Positions 19,148-36,265 of a stretch of 64,000 nucleotides of DNA are shown piece by piece (position 1 is the first letter of the stretch; every line of letters starts with the position of its first letter). This DNA comes from the human T2T-CHM13v2.0 reference genome, Homo sapiens: the NCBI RefSeq assembly GCF_009914755.1, contig NC_060931.1; one strand, 5' to 3'. Below the pieces are notes generated by a model. It made no database searches, was not told the DNA's origin, and saw only the letters and a list, made by a program, of their open reading frames with translations. The position numbers were made by a program, and so were the translations under genes.

Positions 19148-19902
19148 CTACCATAATTTTACTTTTAGTATCACAGTATATCTTCTGAAAACAGACCTAG
19201 ACTTTCTTTTCTTTACCATGAAGACCCTACTCTAGCCACAAAGATGTAAATACAAAAGTGTACTTTTACATCCCACACTCATAGAAACAAATTAACCCCT
19301 ATCTTGACAGAAGCTATAAGAAGAAATAAGCATTCTGAAATTTGGGTGAGTGCTTTTATACTGAGGCTGGTTCATATGCGAGCCCATTTTTACCAGAAAA
19401 AGAGGAGTCAACCTTGACCTGGCAATGAATGATTCCCATGACCTTTTAATTTCAATTTTAGTCTCACATAATTCCCATTTTAGTATCACAAAATTGAGCA
19501 AAACGGACCAATGCTTCCTTTATATATATAAAATGCAACAGGATGTTGTACTATTGTAGATATAATTTTTAGGGTATAGAAGTTTATACCTGCATGAAAG
19601 TTTTTTTAATTTCAGTATCAATACTTCTACCACCTATATCTTTATTCTGTATAAATATGGATACAAAATTGCATCAAATACATCTGCATATAAACATATT
19701 TTTTCTAGGACCTATTCCTAGAACTATGTGAATAGGATGCTATTCACATCTAGCATTTGGAGCCTGAGTTGAGGAATCTGCAGTTCCTATTTAGATAATT
19801 GACTGGATGTACCCACCTAGGCTGAGCTGATTGGCTGATAGAAATCATCTAAGGTGAGCTAATTGGCTAATTAGATACACCTGGGCTGAGGCAACTGGCT
19901 AG

Positions 19903-20835
<933 letters not shown>

Positions 20836-20915
20836 CTGAAAGAACCTAATTTTATAATTTGCTGATTGGAATCATCTGGGCTGAGATAATTTGCTAATTT
20901 TAGAAAAACTGTCCT

Positions 20916-21181
20916 GGCTGGGCGCTGTGGCTCACTCCTGTAATCCTAGAGCTTTGTGAGGCCGAGGTGGGTGGATCACCTGAGGTCGGGAGTTTGAGAC
21001 CAGCCTGGCCAACATGGTGAAACCCCATCTCTACTAAAAATACAAAAATTAGCCAGGTGTGGTGGCGCACGCCTGTAATCCAAGCTACTCAGGAGGTCGC
21101 TTGAACCCAGGAGGTGGAGGTTACAATGAGCTGAGATCACACCACTGCACTCCAGCCTGGGCGACAGAGCCAGACTCCGTT
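20916..21181 (+). mobile_element. AluS with a small internal deletion
   Basis: Dimeric Alu followed by a C-rich tract instead of a clean A-tail. Confidence 0.88.
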
Positions 21182-21737
21182 CCCTTCCCCCTGCGTCATC
21201 CCCCCACTTCCCCCAAAAAAAACAACCAACTGACCTGAGCTAATTACCTAGTTGGATTTACAAGTACTGAGTGGGTGGGATGAGTAGAGAATTCTCATCT
21301 GACTCAGTTTTATTTCAAGGCTTTATTACAAGACATAATACACATATTTATATAACCCTGTGTGTTTGTATTTTTAACCTATCTACATTTTTATACTGTA
21401 TCTAAATCCATAGAGTAAAGCTTCCAAAATAAACTGAAATGTGCTTTTAATATCATAGTCTATCTTTAAGTAACAACTCTTGGCTTTTCTTTTTTACCCC
21501 ATAATTCACTTTTCCAGCCAAAGAATCCCACATAAATATGATATGTTATTCCTATGTCACATTTTCAAAAAAACAGATACCCTATACTGATGAAAGCTGT
21601 GAAGAAAAATTTCTAGCACTTTCAAATTTGAGGGAGAGCTTTTAAGCTGAAGCTACTTTATCTTTAGTTCTGTGTTCACCAGAATTAGAGTGGTCAGCCT
21701 TGACCTTGCAATAAATGTTTCTCGTGGCCTTAGTGCA

Positions 21738-22439
21738 TTTTCTTTTTGTTTTAAATCTTATTTTACTTTAAGTTCCTGGATACACGTGCAGAACGTGCAG
21801 GTTTGTTACATAGGTATACATGTGCCATGGTGCTTTGGTGCACTGATCAACCCGTCATCTAGGTTTTAAGCCCCACATGCATTAGGTATTTGTCCTAATG
21901 CTCTTCCTCCCATTGCCCCCGACTCCCCCGACAGGCCCTGGTGTGTGTTGTTCTCCTCCCTGTGTCCATGTGTTCTCACTGTTCAACTCCCACTTATGAG
22001 TGAGAACATGCGGTGTTTTGTTTGCTGAGGATGATGGCTTCCAGCTTCATCCATGTCCGTGCAAAAAACATGATCTCATTTTTATGGCTACATAGTATTC
22101 CATGGTGTATATGTATCACATTTTCTTTATCCAGTCTATCATTGATGGGCATTGGGTTGGTTCCATGTCTTTGCTATTGTAAAGTGCTGCAATAAACATA
22201 CATGTGCATGTGTCTTTATATTAGAATCATTTATATTCCTTTGAGTATATATCCAGTAATGGGATTGCTGGGTCAAATGGTATTTCTGGTTCTAGATCCT
22301 TGAGGAATTACCACACTGTCTTCCACAATGGTTGAACTAATTTACACTCCCACCAACAGTGTAAAAGCATTCCTATTTCTCCACAGCCTTGCCAGCATCT
22401 TTTATTTCTTGACTTTTTAATAGTCACCATTCTGACTGA
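21738..22439 (-). mobile_element. L1PA 3' end
   Basis: 'ttttactttaagttcc...cagaacgtgcagg...gggattgctgggtcaaatggtatttc...cattctgact'. Confidence 0.9.
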
Positions 22440-22609
22440 ATCCTGACTATTTCTGCTTCAAGCAAACCTCCATGACCGGGGTGAACCCAGGTTCTGCCTG
22501 TTCCCAAACCCTAGCCTTGGCCTCTTTGTCTCTGGGCTTAGCATCCTTACGTGGCACAGAAAGCTCAAAGCTCCTGGCTTGCTCACATCATTAAAATGCC
22601 ACATTATGA

Positions 22610-22966
<357 letters not shown>

Positions 22967-23006
22967 CAGTTCAAATACTTTCAACAAGTGCAAATGTATA
23001 GGCTTA

Positions 23007-23402
<396 letters not shown>

Positions 23403-23403
23403 T

Positions 23404-23630
23404 AATATATATACGTATATATACACACACATACGTACATATGTATAAATATGTATATGTGTATATATGTATGAATGTGTATATATGAATATATATACAC
23501 AATGTATGTATATATGTGTATGTGTGTATATATGCATGTATATATGTGTGTGTATGTGTATATGTATGTGTATATGTGTGTGTGTATATTTATATATGTA
23601 TGTATACATATGGGTTTATATATATATGTG
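23404..23630. repeat. (TA/TG/CA)n compound microsatellite
   Basis: Alternating purine-pyrimidine dinucleotides growing from the Alu tail. Confidence 0.95.
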
Positions 23631-23689
23631 AAAACAATTATGTGCACTTTTTAGACCCAAGAGTTGAATCCCTGGAACTTAACAGCACA

Positions 23690-24245
23690 AGGATTTTTCA
23701 GGCAATACAGAGAGTTGCATGAATACAATAATCTTTTTAAATTCATAATTTGAGTTAACTTTTAGATAACTCTTGAATTAGACAAAATTATTCATTTTTC
23801 AATGAGAACCTATCTTTTTGGCACATTTAATATAAACCTATGAAGCAAAAATTTGTGAACTGCCCATCAGATATGAGCATTTCATAGATGAGGACCATTC
23901 CACAATTTTGAAACAGATTTTCAAAATACTATTTTTTATCTTATCTATGTACCCAATTTTTTCATTTTTAGCCATTTATTTAGACTACTTCTGAAAACTG
24001 AGATATTACACAAAGGTAGTTATTATTTAAAGTTATTTGTTAACCATTTTAAAGCTTGAGAACATTAGGTGTTTATGTAAAAACCTTTAAGTTAAATACA
24101 CGGACATTTTGTTGATAACTCAGAATGTGTAGCTTTTTAAATACACCGTATTAAATGTCTCATTTATTAAAAATCACAAAAAGATTATTCTGCCTTGAGC
24201 TGGGTTTATAGTTTTATAATTTTCATGCTAAATGTTGACACCTAA
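23690..24245 (-). mobile_element. Possible MER4-group ERV1 internal fragment
   Basis: AT-rich sequence with motifs such as 'ttctgaaaactgagatatta' and 'gctgggtttatagttttataa' that I recall from MER4-group internal sequences. Confidence 0.35.
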
Positions 24246-25966
24246 TGAAATATGGCACAGAGGTGATATTGTGACTGTTGCACACCCAGATGACAGTAAA
24301 GATTGTCATTCTTTAACAGTAACACAGCCCACCACTGAGGCTCTGAATCTCACATTAGGAAGCTGACAAAAGTTGGAAAATTGCCTCTCATAGGTGAATC
24401 CTGTCCACAGGTGGGTTGGTGACTCTCAGACCAAGATTCAGCACAGCTGTGAGGCTGTGACTTCACTAAGGGTACACAGTCTGCAGGAGGGACTGAGGCT
24501 GTCATGCGTGGATCCAGTCCACTGTTGAAATTGTGAGTCATATACTGAGACCCAACATATAGGAAGTGTTGCCTCATACCTATAACTGGGAAATGTACAG
24601 GATTGTTCATTTTATCCCTGGACTTCCCTGCAGGTGTGACTGAGAAATAAACCTCTGCCCAGCCTTTGACTTATTTGACTTTTCTGCCTCAGACCAGCCC
24701 ACCTATGGGATTGTGATATGTCACTAGACCCCACAACTAGGTATTGTGACTCTATTCTCCTTCCTTGGCACTGTCTAAAGGGGGCATATGATATATTGCT
24801 TATCCTTAAAGTCAGGTGATGTCAGTCTCTTCTGCCTTGGCACTGCTTATAGGGGGCATTGTGACATATCACTGGGCTCTACACCCATAACTCACATTAT
24901 GTAACTCTCCATTCCTGGGCCCTGCTCATAGTGGCCATTGTGACATATTGCTGACTCCGAAACCCAGGTGATGTAACTCTTCTGCCTTGGCCCAGCCTGC
25001 AGAGGGCATTGTGACACACCTCTGCAAACATCACCAAGGTGATTTGACTCTTCTGACAATTCCATGTCCCAAAAGGTGATTGTGACATATCACTGAGCTC
25101 AGCACCTAGCTGATGTGACCTTTTTCTTCCTAGGTTCTGCCTGCAAAGAAGATTGTGACATATTGCTGGTTGCAACACCACGGTGATGTTACTTTTTGCC
25201 TTCTCACTGCCCTCAGAAGGCATTGTGATATGTTGGTGGTCCCAGCTTCAAAGAAATGTAAGTATCCTCTCTGGACCCTTCCCACAAAGGGCATTGTAAC
25301 ATATCTCTGCACCCATCAACTATTTGATATGACTCTCTTCTCTGACCTGGGCTCTGCCCACAGGAGTCATTGTGACATGTTTCTGGGCCCGTCACCTAGT
25401 TGATGTGACTCTCCTCTGCCTAGGCCCTGTCCATGATGGGGATTGTGACATACTGCCTGATCAAGCACCTAAATGGTGTGACCCTTTTCTCATGCCTGGA
25501 CCCTGCCCAATAAAGCAATTGTAACATATAGCTGAACTCATCTTCTAAGTTATGTGACTCTCTGCTTTGATTTGAGCCCTATAAACAGAAGGCATTGTGA
25601 CATATCTCTGCTTTTCTCACCTGGATGATGTGACCTTCCTACCTGGGACCCCCTTAGGGAGTATTGTGACAATTTGCTTGACCCAAAACCTGTGTGATGT
25701 CACTCTCCTCTACCGCTTGGCTTCTTTCCACAGAAGGAATTGTGATCTATCACTGGGCCCAGCACGCAGGTAATACAACTCTCCTGCATAGGCCCTGCCC
25801 ACAGGGATGATTGTGAAAGATTGCTGATCCCAGCCCCCTACGTGATGTGACTCTTCTCTTCTGCCTGGGTCTTATTTTCTAAGCACATTGTGACATAATG
25901 CTGAGCTGACAATCAGGTTAATGTGACTTTTCCTTTTTTTGTGGTTTGTTGAGATTTAGGGCCTAA

Positions 25967-26340
<374 letters not shown>

Positions 26341-29300
26341 GACCAAAGGGATTTAACTCTTCCCCCTCTTGCCTGGGATGTATCGCTGGGTTCAACATTT
26401 AGGTAATGCAACTTTCCTGCAAGGACCCTGCTTACAGAGGCATTGTGACATATTGATAAGTCTATCACCAAGGGGATGTAACTCTCTTCTTTGAGACCTG
26501 CCTACAGGGGGCATTGTGACATATCTCTATGCCTATTACTCAGGTGATGTGATTCTCTTTTACTGCTTGTTTTTGGTCACAGAAGCTATTTGGAAATATC
26601 ATTGGCCCAGCACCCAGCTGATGTGACACTTCCATTTTTCCTATATTCTGCCCACAGAAGAGATGTGACATATGGCTGGACCCAGTACCTACATGATGTA
26701 ACTCCTCTTCTGCCTGGGCCTTGCCCTCAGGAGATATTACAATATATTACTGGACCCAGCAACTAAGTGATTTGACTGTCCTGTTTTGCCCTGCTTTCTG
26801 GGAGGATTGTGACATAATTGCCTGGTCCAGTACCTAGGTGATGTGACTCTTCTCCTGCCTGGGCCTAGTCCACAAGGGACATTGTGACATATTGCTGGAC
26901 CTAGCATCCAAGTAATTGTGACTTTCCTGCCTGGTTGTGACATATTGCTGAACCCAGCACCCAGCTGATGTGACTCTTCTGCCTGGGCTTTATTCTTAGG
27001 GGTTTGTGACATATCTCTGCATTCATCAACTGTTTGATGAGAACTCTCCTCTCTCACCTGGGCTTTGCTCAAAAGAAAGACAGTGAAATATCTCTGGACC
27101 CAGCACCTAGGTGATGTGTCTCTCCTCTATTGCTAGTGCTCTGCTCAGAGTGAAATTGTGATGTATTGCTGAGTCTAGCAGCTAGGTAATAAGATTCTTC
27201 TATATGGGCCCTGCCCAAAGGGGTGTTATGACATATCCTTTTATTTATCACCTAGGCAAAGTGACTCTCTTTATTTGCCTGGACCCTAACCAAAAAGAGA
27301 ATTGTGACATAGCACTGGATCCAGCACCTTGGTGCTTTTTTTTTTTTTTTTTTTTTTTGCCTGGAGCCTGCATATTTTGGGTATTGTGACATATTGCTGA
27401 GCTGAACACCCAAGGGATGAGAGACTTTTCCTGGGCCCTGTCTACAGTAGCCCTTGTGACATATGTCTGCATCCATCACCTTGGGGATGTGATTTCCCTC
27501 TTTTTCATGCATGCTGCCCAAATGGAAGATTGCAATATATCGCAGGGCCCAGCAACCAGGTGATGTGTCTCTTCTCATTTGGCCTTGCCCACAGGGAGCA
27601 TTGGAATATATTGCTGGGCCCAGTATCCAGGGGTTTGACTCTTCTGCTGCCAGTTCCCTGCTCTCAGAAGGGGGTCGTAACATATCTTTGGCCAAGCACC
27701 TGGGTGATGGGACTCTCCAGCTGGGTTCATGCTTTCAGGGAAGATTGTGACATATCCCTGGCAGAGAGGCAGTCGATGTGTCTCTCCTTGCTCCATGCTC
27801 ACAGATGGGATTGTGAAATACATCTTAGCCCCGCTCACATATGCAATGAGGACTCTCATACCTTGAGCCAGCCAATAAGAGTGATACCATTTATGTTAGG
27901 TAACCTTAAGGAAATGGGTAAAATTCTGGGTCTTCTCTTTATACTAAGGTCATAGAGGATTACCACTCTTCTGCATATTGTATACAACCTTCGTTTGGTG
28001 CACAGAATGTTATCACAGAGCCCAGCAAAAATATGAGACTGTGGTTTTAGTATGCACACTCCACCAAGTGTTAGGATTGTCACCCTTTAAACATGGAAAG
28101 AAACCACTGGTGAGGTCCTTAATCTCACACGTGGGCACAGTCCATAGTTGGAATAGTGACTGTCATAAGTAATCATCTGGCTAAAGTTGGGATGGTGACT
28201 CATTTCTAGATCATAGGCAGGCAAGGACTCTCATATCTAGACCCAGCCAATTGGAGAGATGTTGACTCTCATACTTGGGCTTAGTGCCACAGGTTCAAAA
28301 ATGGGTCCATACCAGCAAGAAGGTCTCGGTGGATTTCCAACTCTCATGCATACCATATAAAGCCCTCAGATAATACAGAGAGTGTCTTAACAGGGCCCCA
28401 CACACAGGCAACATTGTGACACTTGTATGCACACCCAGCCAACAGTAAAGATTGTTATCCTCACACATGAATGCAGCCCCCTATTGAGGTTTGGAATCTG
28501 ACACCCAGAAAGAGTCAGAAGTTGGAAAATTGACTCTTGTACATGGATTTCATCCATAGGTGGATTGGTGTCCCTGAGTCCAACACTCAGCATACCTGTG
28601 AGCCTGTGACTCCACTAAAACAGTCTGCACAAAAAAATTAAGGCACTAATTCACAGATCCAGTCCACTACTGAAACTGTGACTCCTGTACTTAGTCTCAA
28701 TATGCAGGTGGTGTTTACTCTTATATTGAAAACTGGGATGTGTCTGGGAGTGTTAATCTCATCTGTGGACCTTTGTGCAGATGAGACTGTGACATATACC
28801 TCTGCCCATCACCTGATTTGACTCTTCTGCCTGGGACCAGACAACAGATGGGACTGTGACATCACTGGACCTAGCATTTAAGTAATGTGACTCCATTTGT
28901 CTGCCTTGGTACTGTGTGGCAAGGGGCATTGTGCCATGTTGCTGGGAATTGCACCCAGGTGATGTAAACCTATTCCCCTGCCTTGGGGCTGCCCCCAAAA
29001 CACATTGTAACATATCACTAATCTCTGCACCCAGGTTCCGTGACTCTCCTGTCTGTGCCCTGCCTACATGGATTATTGTGACATATTGCTGGGTCCAACA
29101 CCCAGGTGATGTAACTCTCCTGCTTGAGTCCTGCCTTGAGTCCAGGGGGGCATTGTGAAATATCTCTGCACTCATAATTCTGGTGATTTGACTCTCTTCT
29201 TGCCAGGTCTCTGCTCACAGGGGGGATTTTGATGTATTGCTAAGCCCAGCACCTAGCTAATGTAAGTTTTCTCTTCTTCTTAGGTTCTGCCTGTAGAAAA

Positions 29301-30589
29301 GATTGTAACATAATGCTGGGCCCAACTTCAAGGTGGCATTACTTTTTTGACTTGGCCTTGCTCTCAGAAGACATTATAACATACTGCTGGGCCCAGAACC
29401 AAGGTGATGTTAAGTCTTCTGACTAAAACCTACCCACAGAAGACATTGTGACATATCTCTGGGCCCATCAACTATTTGATGTGACTCTACTCTTATCTGA
29501 GTTTTTTTAATAAAAGAGATTTTGACATATCTTTGGGCCCAGCACCTAGGTGATTTGACTCTCTTCTGCTGTGTGAGCCATGACCAGAGATGGAGAGTGA
29601 CTTATCGCCTGAACCAGCACACAAATGTAATTATTCTGATTTCTTTCCAAAGAAGTCATCGTGACATATTTTTGAGGCCATCGCCTAAATGATACAATTT
29701 TTTTTTCCTTGGGCCTTGCCCACTGAGGTGATTGTGAAATACAGCTGGGCTCAGCCCTTAGGTTATGTGACTCTCCTCTTTTTTTCTGAGCCCTATCCAC
29801 AATGGGCATTGTGACATATCTCTGGGCCCATCACCTAGGTGATGTGACTCTTTTCTGGGCCTTCACTCAGGGTACATTATGATATATACCTGTATCTAGC
29901 ACCTAGGTAATGTGACTCTCCTATTCTGCCTGGGCCGTGCATATATTGTGTACTGGGACATATTTCTGGGTCCAGCACCTAGGTGATTTTGCCCTCCAGC
30001 ACAGCCCCTGCCATCAGGGTTATAATATATCTTTCTATTCATCACCTACATGATGTGACTCTTTTTGTTTGCCTTTGTCCTGCCAAAAAGGGGATTGTGA
30101 CATTTCACCCAGCACCCAGGTGATGTGACTCTCCTCTTACGATTGGGACTTAGAATTTTTGGTAGTGTGACATACTGCTGAGCTTAACACCTTGGCAGTT
30201 GGAGGCTCTTGCCTGGGCCTGGCTCACAGTTGCCCTGTGACATAATTTTGCATCAATCATCTGGGAGATGTGACTCTTCTTTTCTACCTTCACTCTGCCC
30301 AAAGGGAAGATTGTCACATATCGCTGGGCTCAGCAACCAGGTATGTGTCTCTCCTGCTTGTGACTTGCCAACAGAGAGCATTGTGACATACTCCTGAGCC
30401 AATCACACTGGTGATGGGACTCTGCTTCATGTGACTTGCTTTCAGGAAGAAATTGTAACATATCTCTGGTTGAGCACCCAGGTAATGTGACCCCTCCTGC
30501 CTCACCCCTGCCCTCTGGAAAGATTGTGACATAACTCTGGCCTATCACTGAAGTGATGTGACTCTTCTGTTGGCTCTCTGTGGACAGTA

Positions 30590-30758
30590 TCTGGGATTAC
30601 AGGCACATGCCACCACCCCCAGCTAATTTTTTGTATTTTAGTAGAGACGGGGTTTCACCATGTTGGCCAAGATGGTCTTCATCTCCTGACCTTGTGATCC
30701 GCCCATCTCGGCCTCCCAAAGTGCTGGGATTACAGGCGCGAGCCACCACGCCCGGCCC
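30590..30758 (-). mobile_element. 3'-truncated Alu (left arm and linker only)
   Basis: Runs from 'ctgggattacaggcacatg' to 'cccggcc', with no tail and no TSD. Confidence 0.85.
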
Positions 30759-31280
30759 GGGATGGTGACTCATTTCTAAACCCAGCTCATAGGCAGGTGA
30801 GGACTCTCCAATCTAGATCCATCCAGTTGGAGACATATTGATTCGCATATCTAGGCTTAGAACCATTGGTATGATTATTTGTCTATATCATCACAAAGGT
30901 TGCAAAGAAGACTGCGACTCTTATGCATACTGTATAAAACACTTGAATAGTGCTGAGTGCTGAGCTCAGCATACAGGTGACATTGTGACATTTAGATGTA
31001 CACCCAACAGACAGCAAAGATTGTCATCATTCTACATTAACAGTCCACTGTTGCGTTTCTGAATCTCACACTCAAAGTCAGTCGAAAGTTGGATAACTGA
31101 CTGTATACATGGATGACTGTCATACGTGGACTCCATCCACAGGTGGGTTGCTGACTTTCAGACCAAGATTTAGCACACCCATGATGTTGTGAATCCACGG
31201 AGGAGACAAAGTCTGCAGGAGAAGTTTAGGCTCCCAAACACATGTCTAGTCCACCAATGAGATTGTGACTTGTGTACTTA

Positions 31281-31813
31281 CGTTGCGGGAAATTAAGGAA
31301 CCGGAGAGACCAAATGGAGGGCAGGAAGTGTTTATTTAAGGTGTACACTGGCTCAGTGGACATGTGTCCTGAAAGTCTGAGCCCCGAACAAAGAAAACGA
31401 GTTCCTTTTAAGTATTTTGAGGCGGGCACTATGTGAAGCAGGAAGCAGGCTTACAGAAGCAAGAACAAAGGCTGCTGTGATATTTTTGCAACATGTCTTA
31501 CATCTTTGGGAATACTTGGTTTGTAGCTTATGCTTATTTGTTTTGTGACCTTGCAGCTGTGCAGGGAAGAAAGGAACAGGAGCTTATAGAGCCTACAAAA
31601 TATGTGGAGAGTGGATATGGTTAATGTTTCTTGGGACAGGCAGTTAATTTTTTTTTTAACTTTAACTTCGTGGGGCGCTACTTAAATTTTTTTCAGCCAT
31701 GGTTAATACAGCAATTCATTCTATGAGCTATTATTATTTGTCTTACTATTACTATAATCTTTACTATTATTACTTATGCTATTATTTTGTTATTTTCTTA
31801 ATTTCTTACTTCA
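31281..31813 (-). mobile_element. Solo ERV1-type LTR (family uncertain)
   Basis: 533-bp non-satellite insert with (T/C)G...CA termini, 4-bp TSD CTTA and AATAAA on the minus strand at ~31331. Confidence 0.75.
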
Positions 31814-32762
31814 CTTATACCCAACCTACAGTGAGCAGTGACTCTCATAACAAGAGCCAGGAAAGGTGTGAGATTGGTAGTCTCATCCCTGGACCTCCTG
31901 CAGGTGTGATTTTGACATACACCTCTCCTCAGCACCTGAGTGATTTGACTCTCCTGCCTGAGTCCAGCTTACAAATGAGATTGTGACATATCACTGGACC
32001 CAGCACCTTGGTAATATGACTATCCTCCTGCTTTGGCACTGCCCACAGAAGGTATTGAGACATATTGCTGAGCCTAGCACTTCTATGATTTGACTCTGCT
32101 GCCTGTACCCTGCTTTCAGGAAGGGATTGTAGCATATCTGGCTGAGCATCTAGGTGATGTGACTCTCTTGCCTGGTGCCTGCCCTCAGGAAATATTGTGA
32201 TATATATATATATTGCCCTCAGGAAATATTGTGATATATATAAAATATATGATCCAGATCAAGGTGCAATAGTAACTATTGTAACTTGAGTCAGCAAATA
32301 GGAGAGATACTGTCTCTTGTAGCTAGGCTTAGGGTACTAGGTAAGATTCTGGGTCTCCTCTTTGTATGAAGGTCATAAAGAATTACCACTCACTCACATA
32401 CCTTATAAAGCCCTCAAATGTTACAGACAGTGTAATTACAGGGCCCGGCACACAGGTGAGATTGTGTTTTTTCTATGCATACCCTGCCAACTGTTAGGAT
32501 TGTCACCCTCACACATTGAAAGAGCCCACTGGTGAGGTTCTAAACTACACACATGTATGAGGTCTACAGTTGAAATTGTGATTGTCAAATATCAACATCC
32601 TGCTACAGTTGAGACGGTGACTCATTTATAAACCCAGCTCATAGGTAGGTGAGAACTCTTATATCTGGACCCAGCCAATTGAAGGGATGTTAACTCTTGT
32701 ACTTGCTCTTAGGTCCACAGGTACAATCATGGGTCCATACCAGCATGAAGGTCTCATACCAA

Positions 32763-33089
<327 letters not shown>

Positions 33090-33965
33090 ACAAATTGCCA
33101 CATTCTAAAGCCCTTGGGTGGTACTGAGTGTGTTTTTAACAGGGCCCAGCACACAGGTCAGATTGTGTTACTTGTATACATACCCAGCCAATTGTAAAGA
33201 TTGTCATCTTTTATGAACTGTGTTTATAGGTGCTCAGGTTCTGAATGTGCTCAGGTTCTGAATATCACATCTGAAGGTGGTGGAAAGTTGGAAAATTGAC
33301 TCCCCTACATAAATTCCATTCACAGAATGATGGGTGACTCAGGACCAAGATTTAGCACATTTGTGAGGCTGTGACTCTGCTACAGGTACACAGTCCATGG
33401 GGAATTGAGGCTCTCAGGCACAAATCTATCCACAGTTAATATCGTCACTGTGTACTCAGAAAAAAAATACAGGGGATGTTGACTCTCTTACTTAGAACTA
33501 GGACATGTGCAAGATTGTTAATCTCATCCCTAGACGTTTTTGCAGGTGTGATTATGACATATGCCTCTTCTTAGCGCCTGAATGATTAGACTCTTGCTTG
33601 CGCCCAGCCCACAAGTGGAAATTGTGACATATTGCTGGACCCCAACCTAGGTGATGTGACTCTATTCTTTTTCCTTGGTACTTCCCACAGGAGCATCTTG
33701 ACAGATCGCTGGGCCTTGCACCCAAGTGATGTGAGTCTCCTCTGCTGCCTTTGTGCTTTCCACAGGGAACATTGTGACACATCGCTGGGCAGCACACCCG
33801 GGTTATGTGACTCTCCTGCCTGTGCCCTGCCCAAGTGAGCCATTGTAACATTTTACTTGGTCCAACACCCAGTTGATGTAACTCTCCTGCCTGGGCCCTG
33901 CCTACAGGGTCATTGTGTCATATCTCTGTTGCCATTACTGTCGTGATGTGACTCTCTTCTCCTCT

Positions 33966-34245
33966 TGGGATTTTATGTGTTGGCATACTTCTGGGGTCTT
34001 GCATTACTTCTCCTAACCCACCCAACTCCTGAGATCTCACTGGGAAGCTACTGATGACCAGTTTTAGGTGTTTCGTATTTATTAGGAGACTGCCTGTCCC
34101 TGGCAACAGCTGTCACCAATTATTACTTTAGAGAGATAGTTCACTGCCTGGCCATTACCTGATTGCTGCCTGACATTTCTGGTGTGTGTGGAGTGGGGTG
34201 CCCTTTCTTGCCCTGCCTATGCTGGACTAGCTACCTACTGTCACA
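33966..34245 (-). mobile_element. Partial ERV1 LTR (MER50-like 5' part)
   Basis: The reverse strand begins TGTGACAGTAGGTAGCTAGTCCAGCATAGGCAGGGC, matching my recall of the MER50 5' end. Confidence 0.6.
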
Positions 34246-35325
34246 CTGCATGCATTTGTTTTGTGACATATGGCTGGGTCCAATACCTAGGTGAGGTGAC
34301 TCTCCTGCATGGGTCCTGCCCACAAGGGTATTATGATATATTTTTACATTCATGATTTAGGTGATGTGGCCTTCTCCTTCTGCCTGGTCTCTGCCAAAAT
34401 GTAGGATGGTGATGTATCACTGGACCTAGCACCTAGGTGATGTGACTCTCCTCTTTCATGGGCCCCACATATGAGTACTGTGACATATCACTGGGCCAAA
34501 CATGTAGAATTTGGGAGGTGCCTGCCTATGCCCTGCAAACAGGGCTCTAGCCCTACAACGCTCAAGAGCCTTGTGACATATCTCTGTATTCCTCACCAAG
34601 GAGATGTGACTCCTCTGCTGCTGCCTGCACCTGGCCCACAGGGAAGATTGTGACAATAACATTGACTCAGCAACAGGGTGATGTGCTTCCTTTTCCTGGG
34701 CCTTGCTCCCAGGGAGCATTGTGACATGTCACTGGGCTCAGCACCCAGGTGCTGTGACTCTGCTGCCCATGCCCTGCTTTCAGAACAGGATTGTAACATA
34801 TCCCTGGCTGATCACCCAGGTGATGTTACTCTTCTGCCTGGTTCCTGCCATCAGGGAAGATTGTGACATATTCCTGTCCTAGCGACCAGGTGATGTCACT
34901 CTCCTGCTCACTCTCTATCGACAGGTGGGATTGTAAAATATATCCTTGTTCAGCTTGTGGGTGAGATGATAACTCTCATGCCTCAAACCAGCCAATAGGA
35001 GAGATACTGTTTTTTGAAGCTAGGCTTAGGAAAATGAGTAAGGTCCTGGATCTCCTCTGTATGAATATCATAGTTGATTACCAGCCTCTCACATATATAA
35101 ATTTTTCAAGTGGTACAGACAGTCTCATCACAGGACCCAGGACCCAGGTGAGATTGTGTTTTTCATATGCACACTATCAGCCATTAGGATTTTGCCCTCA
35201 CACATGGACAGAGCCTACTGGTAAGGTCTTGAATCTCACATGTGGATGGAGTTGAAATTGTGACTGTTATTTGTGAACATCTGGCTGCAGTTGGGATGGT
35301 GACTCATTTCTAATCTAGCTCCTAG

Positions 35326-35783
<458 letters not shown>

Positions 35784-35959
35784 TAATACTGTAGAAATCT
35801 CTCGTGTGGTACTGAGAGAGCCTAGAACACAGACAAAATTGTGACACTCATACACCCACCCAGCCAACAGTAAAAATTGTTATCTTTCCACATGAACACA
35901 GCCCACTGTTGAGGTCCTGAGTCTCCCTCATGAAAACAGTCAAAAGTTGGAAAATTGAC

Positions 35960-36265
35960 TTTATTTTTTTTTTTTTTTTTAGAGTCTCACTCACTGTGAC
36001 ACACAGGCTAGACTGCAGTGGTGCAATCTCAGCTCCTGCAACCTCCACTTTCTGGGTTCAAGCAATTCTCGTGCCTCAACCTCCTGCGTAGCTGGAATTA
36101 CAGGCATGTGCCACCACACCCAGCTAATTTTTGTATATTTTCTACAGACAGGGTTTCACCATGTTTCCCAGACTGCTCTCAAACTCCTGGCCTCAAGTGA
36201 TCCAGGCCTGCCTCGACCTCCCAAAGTGCTGGGATTACAGACATCAGGCACCACCCCCAGCCTGG
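35960..36265 (-). mobile_element. Alu (older, J/Sx-like)
   Basis: Reverse Alu with a degenerate TSD aaa.ttgact. Confidence 0.88.
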
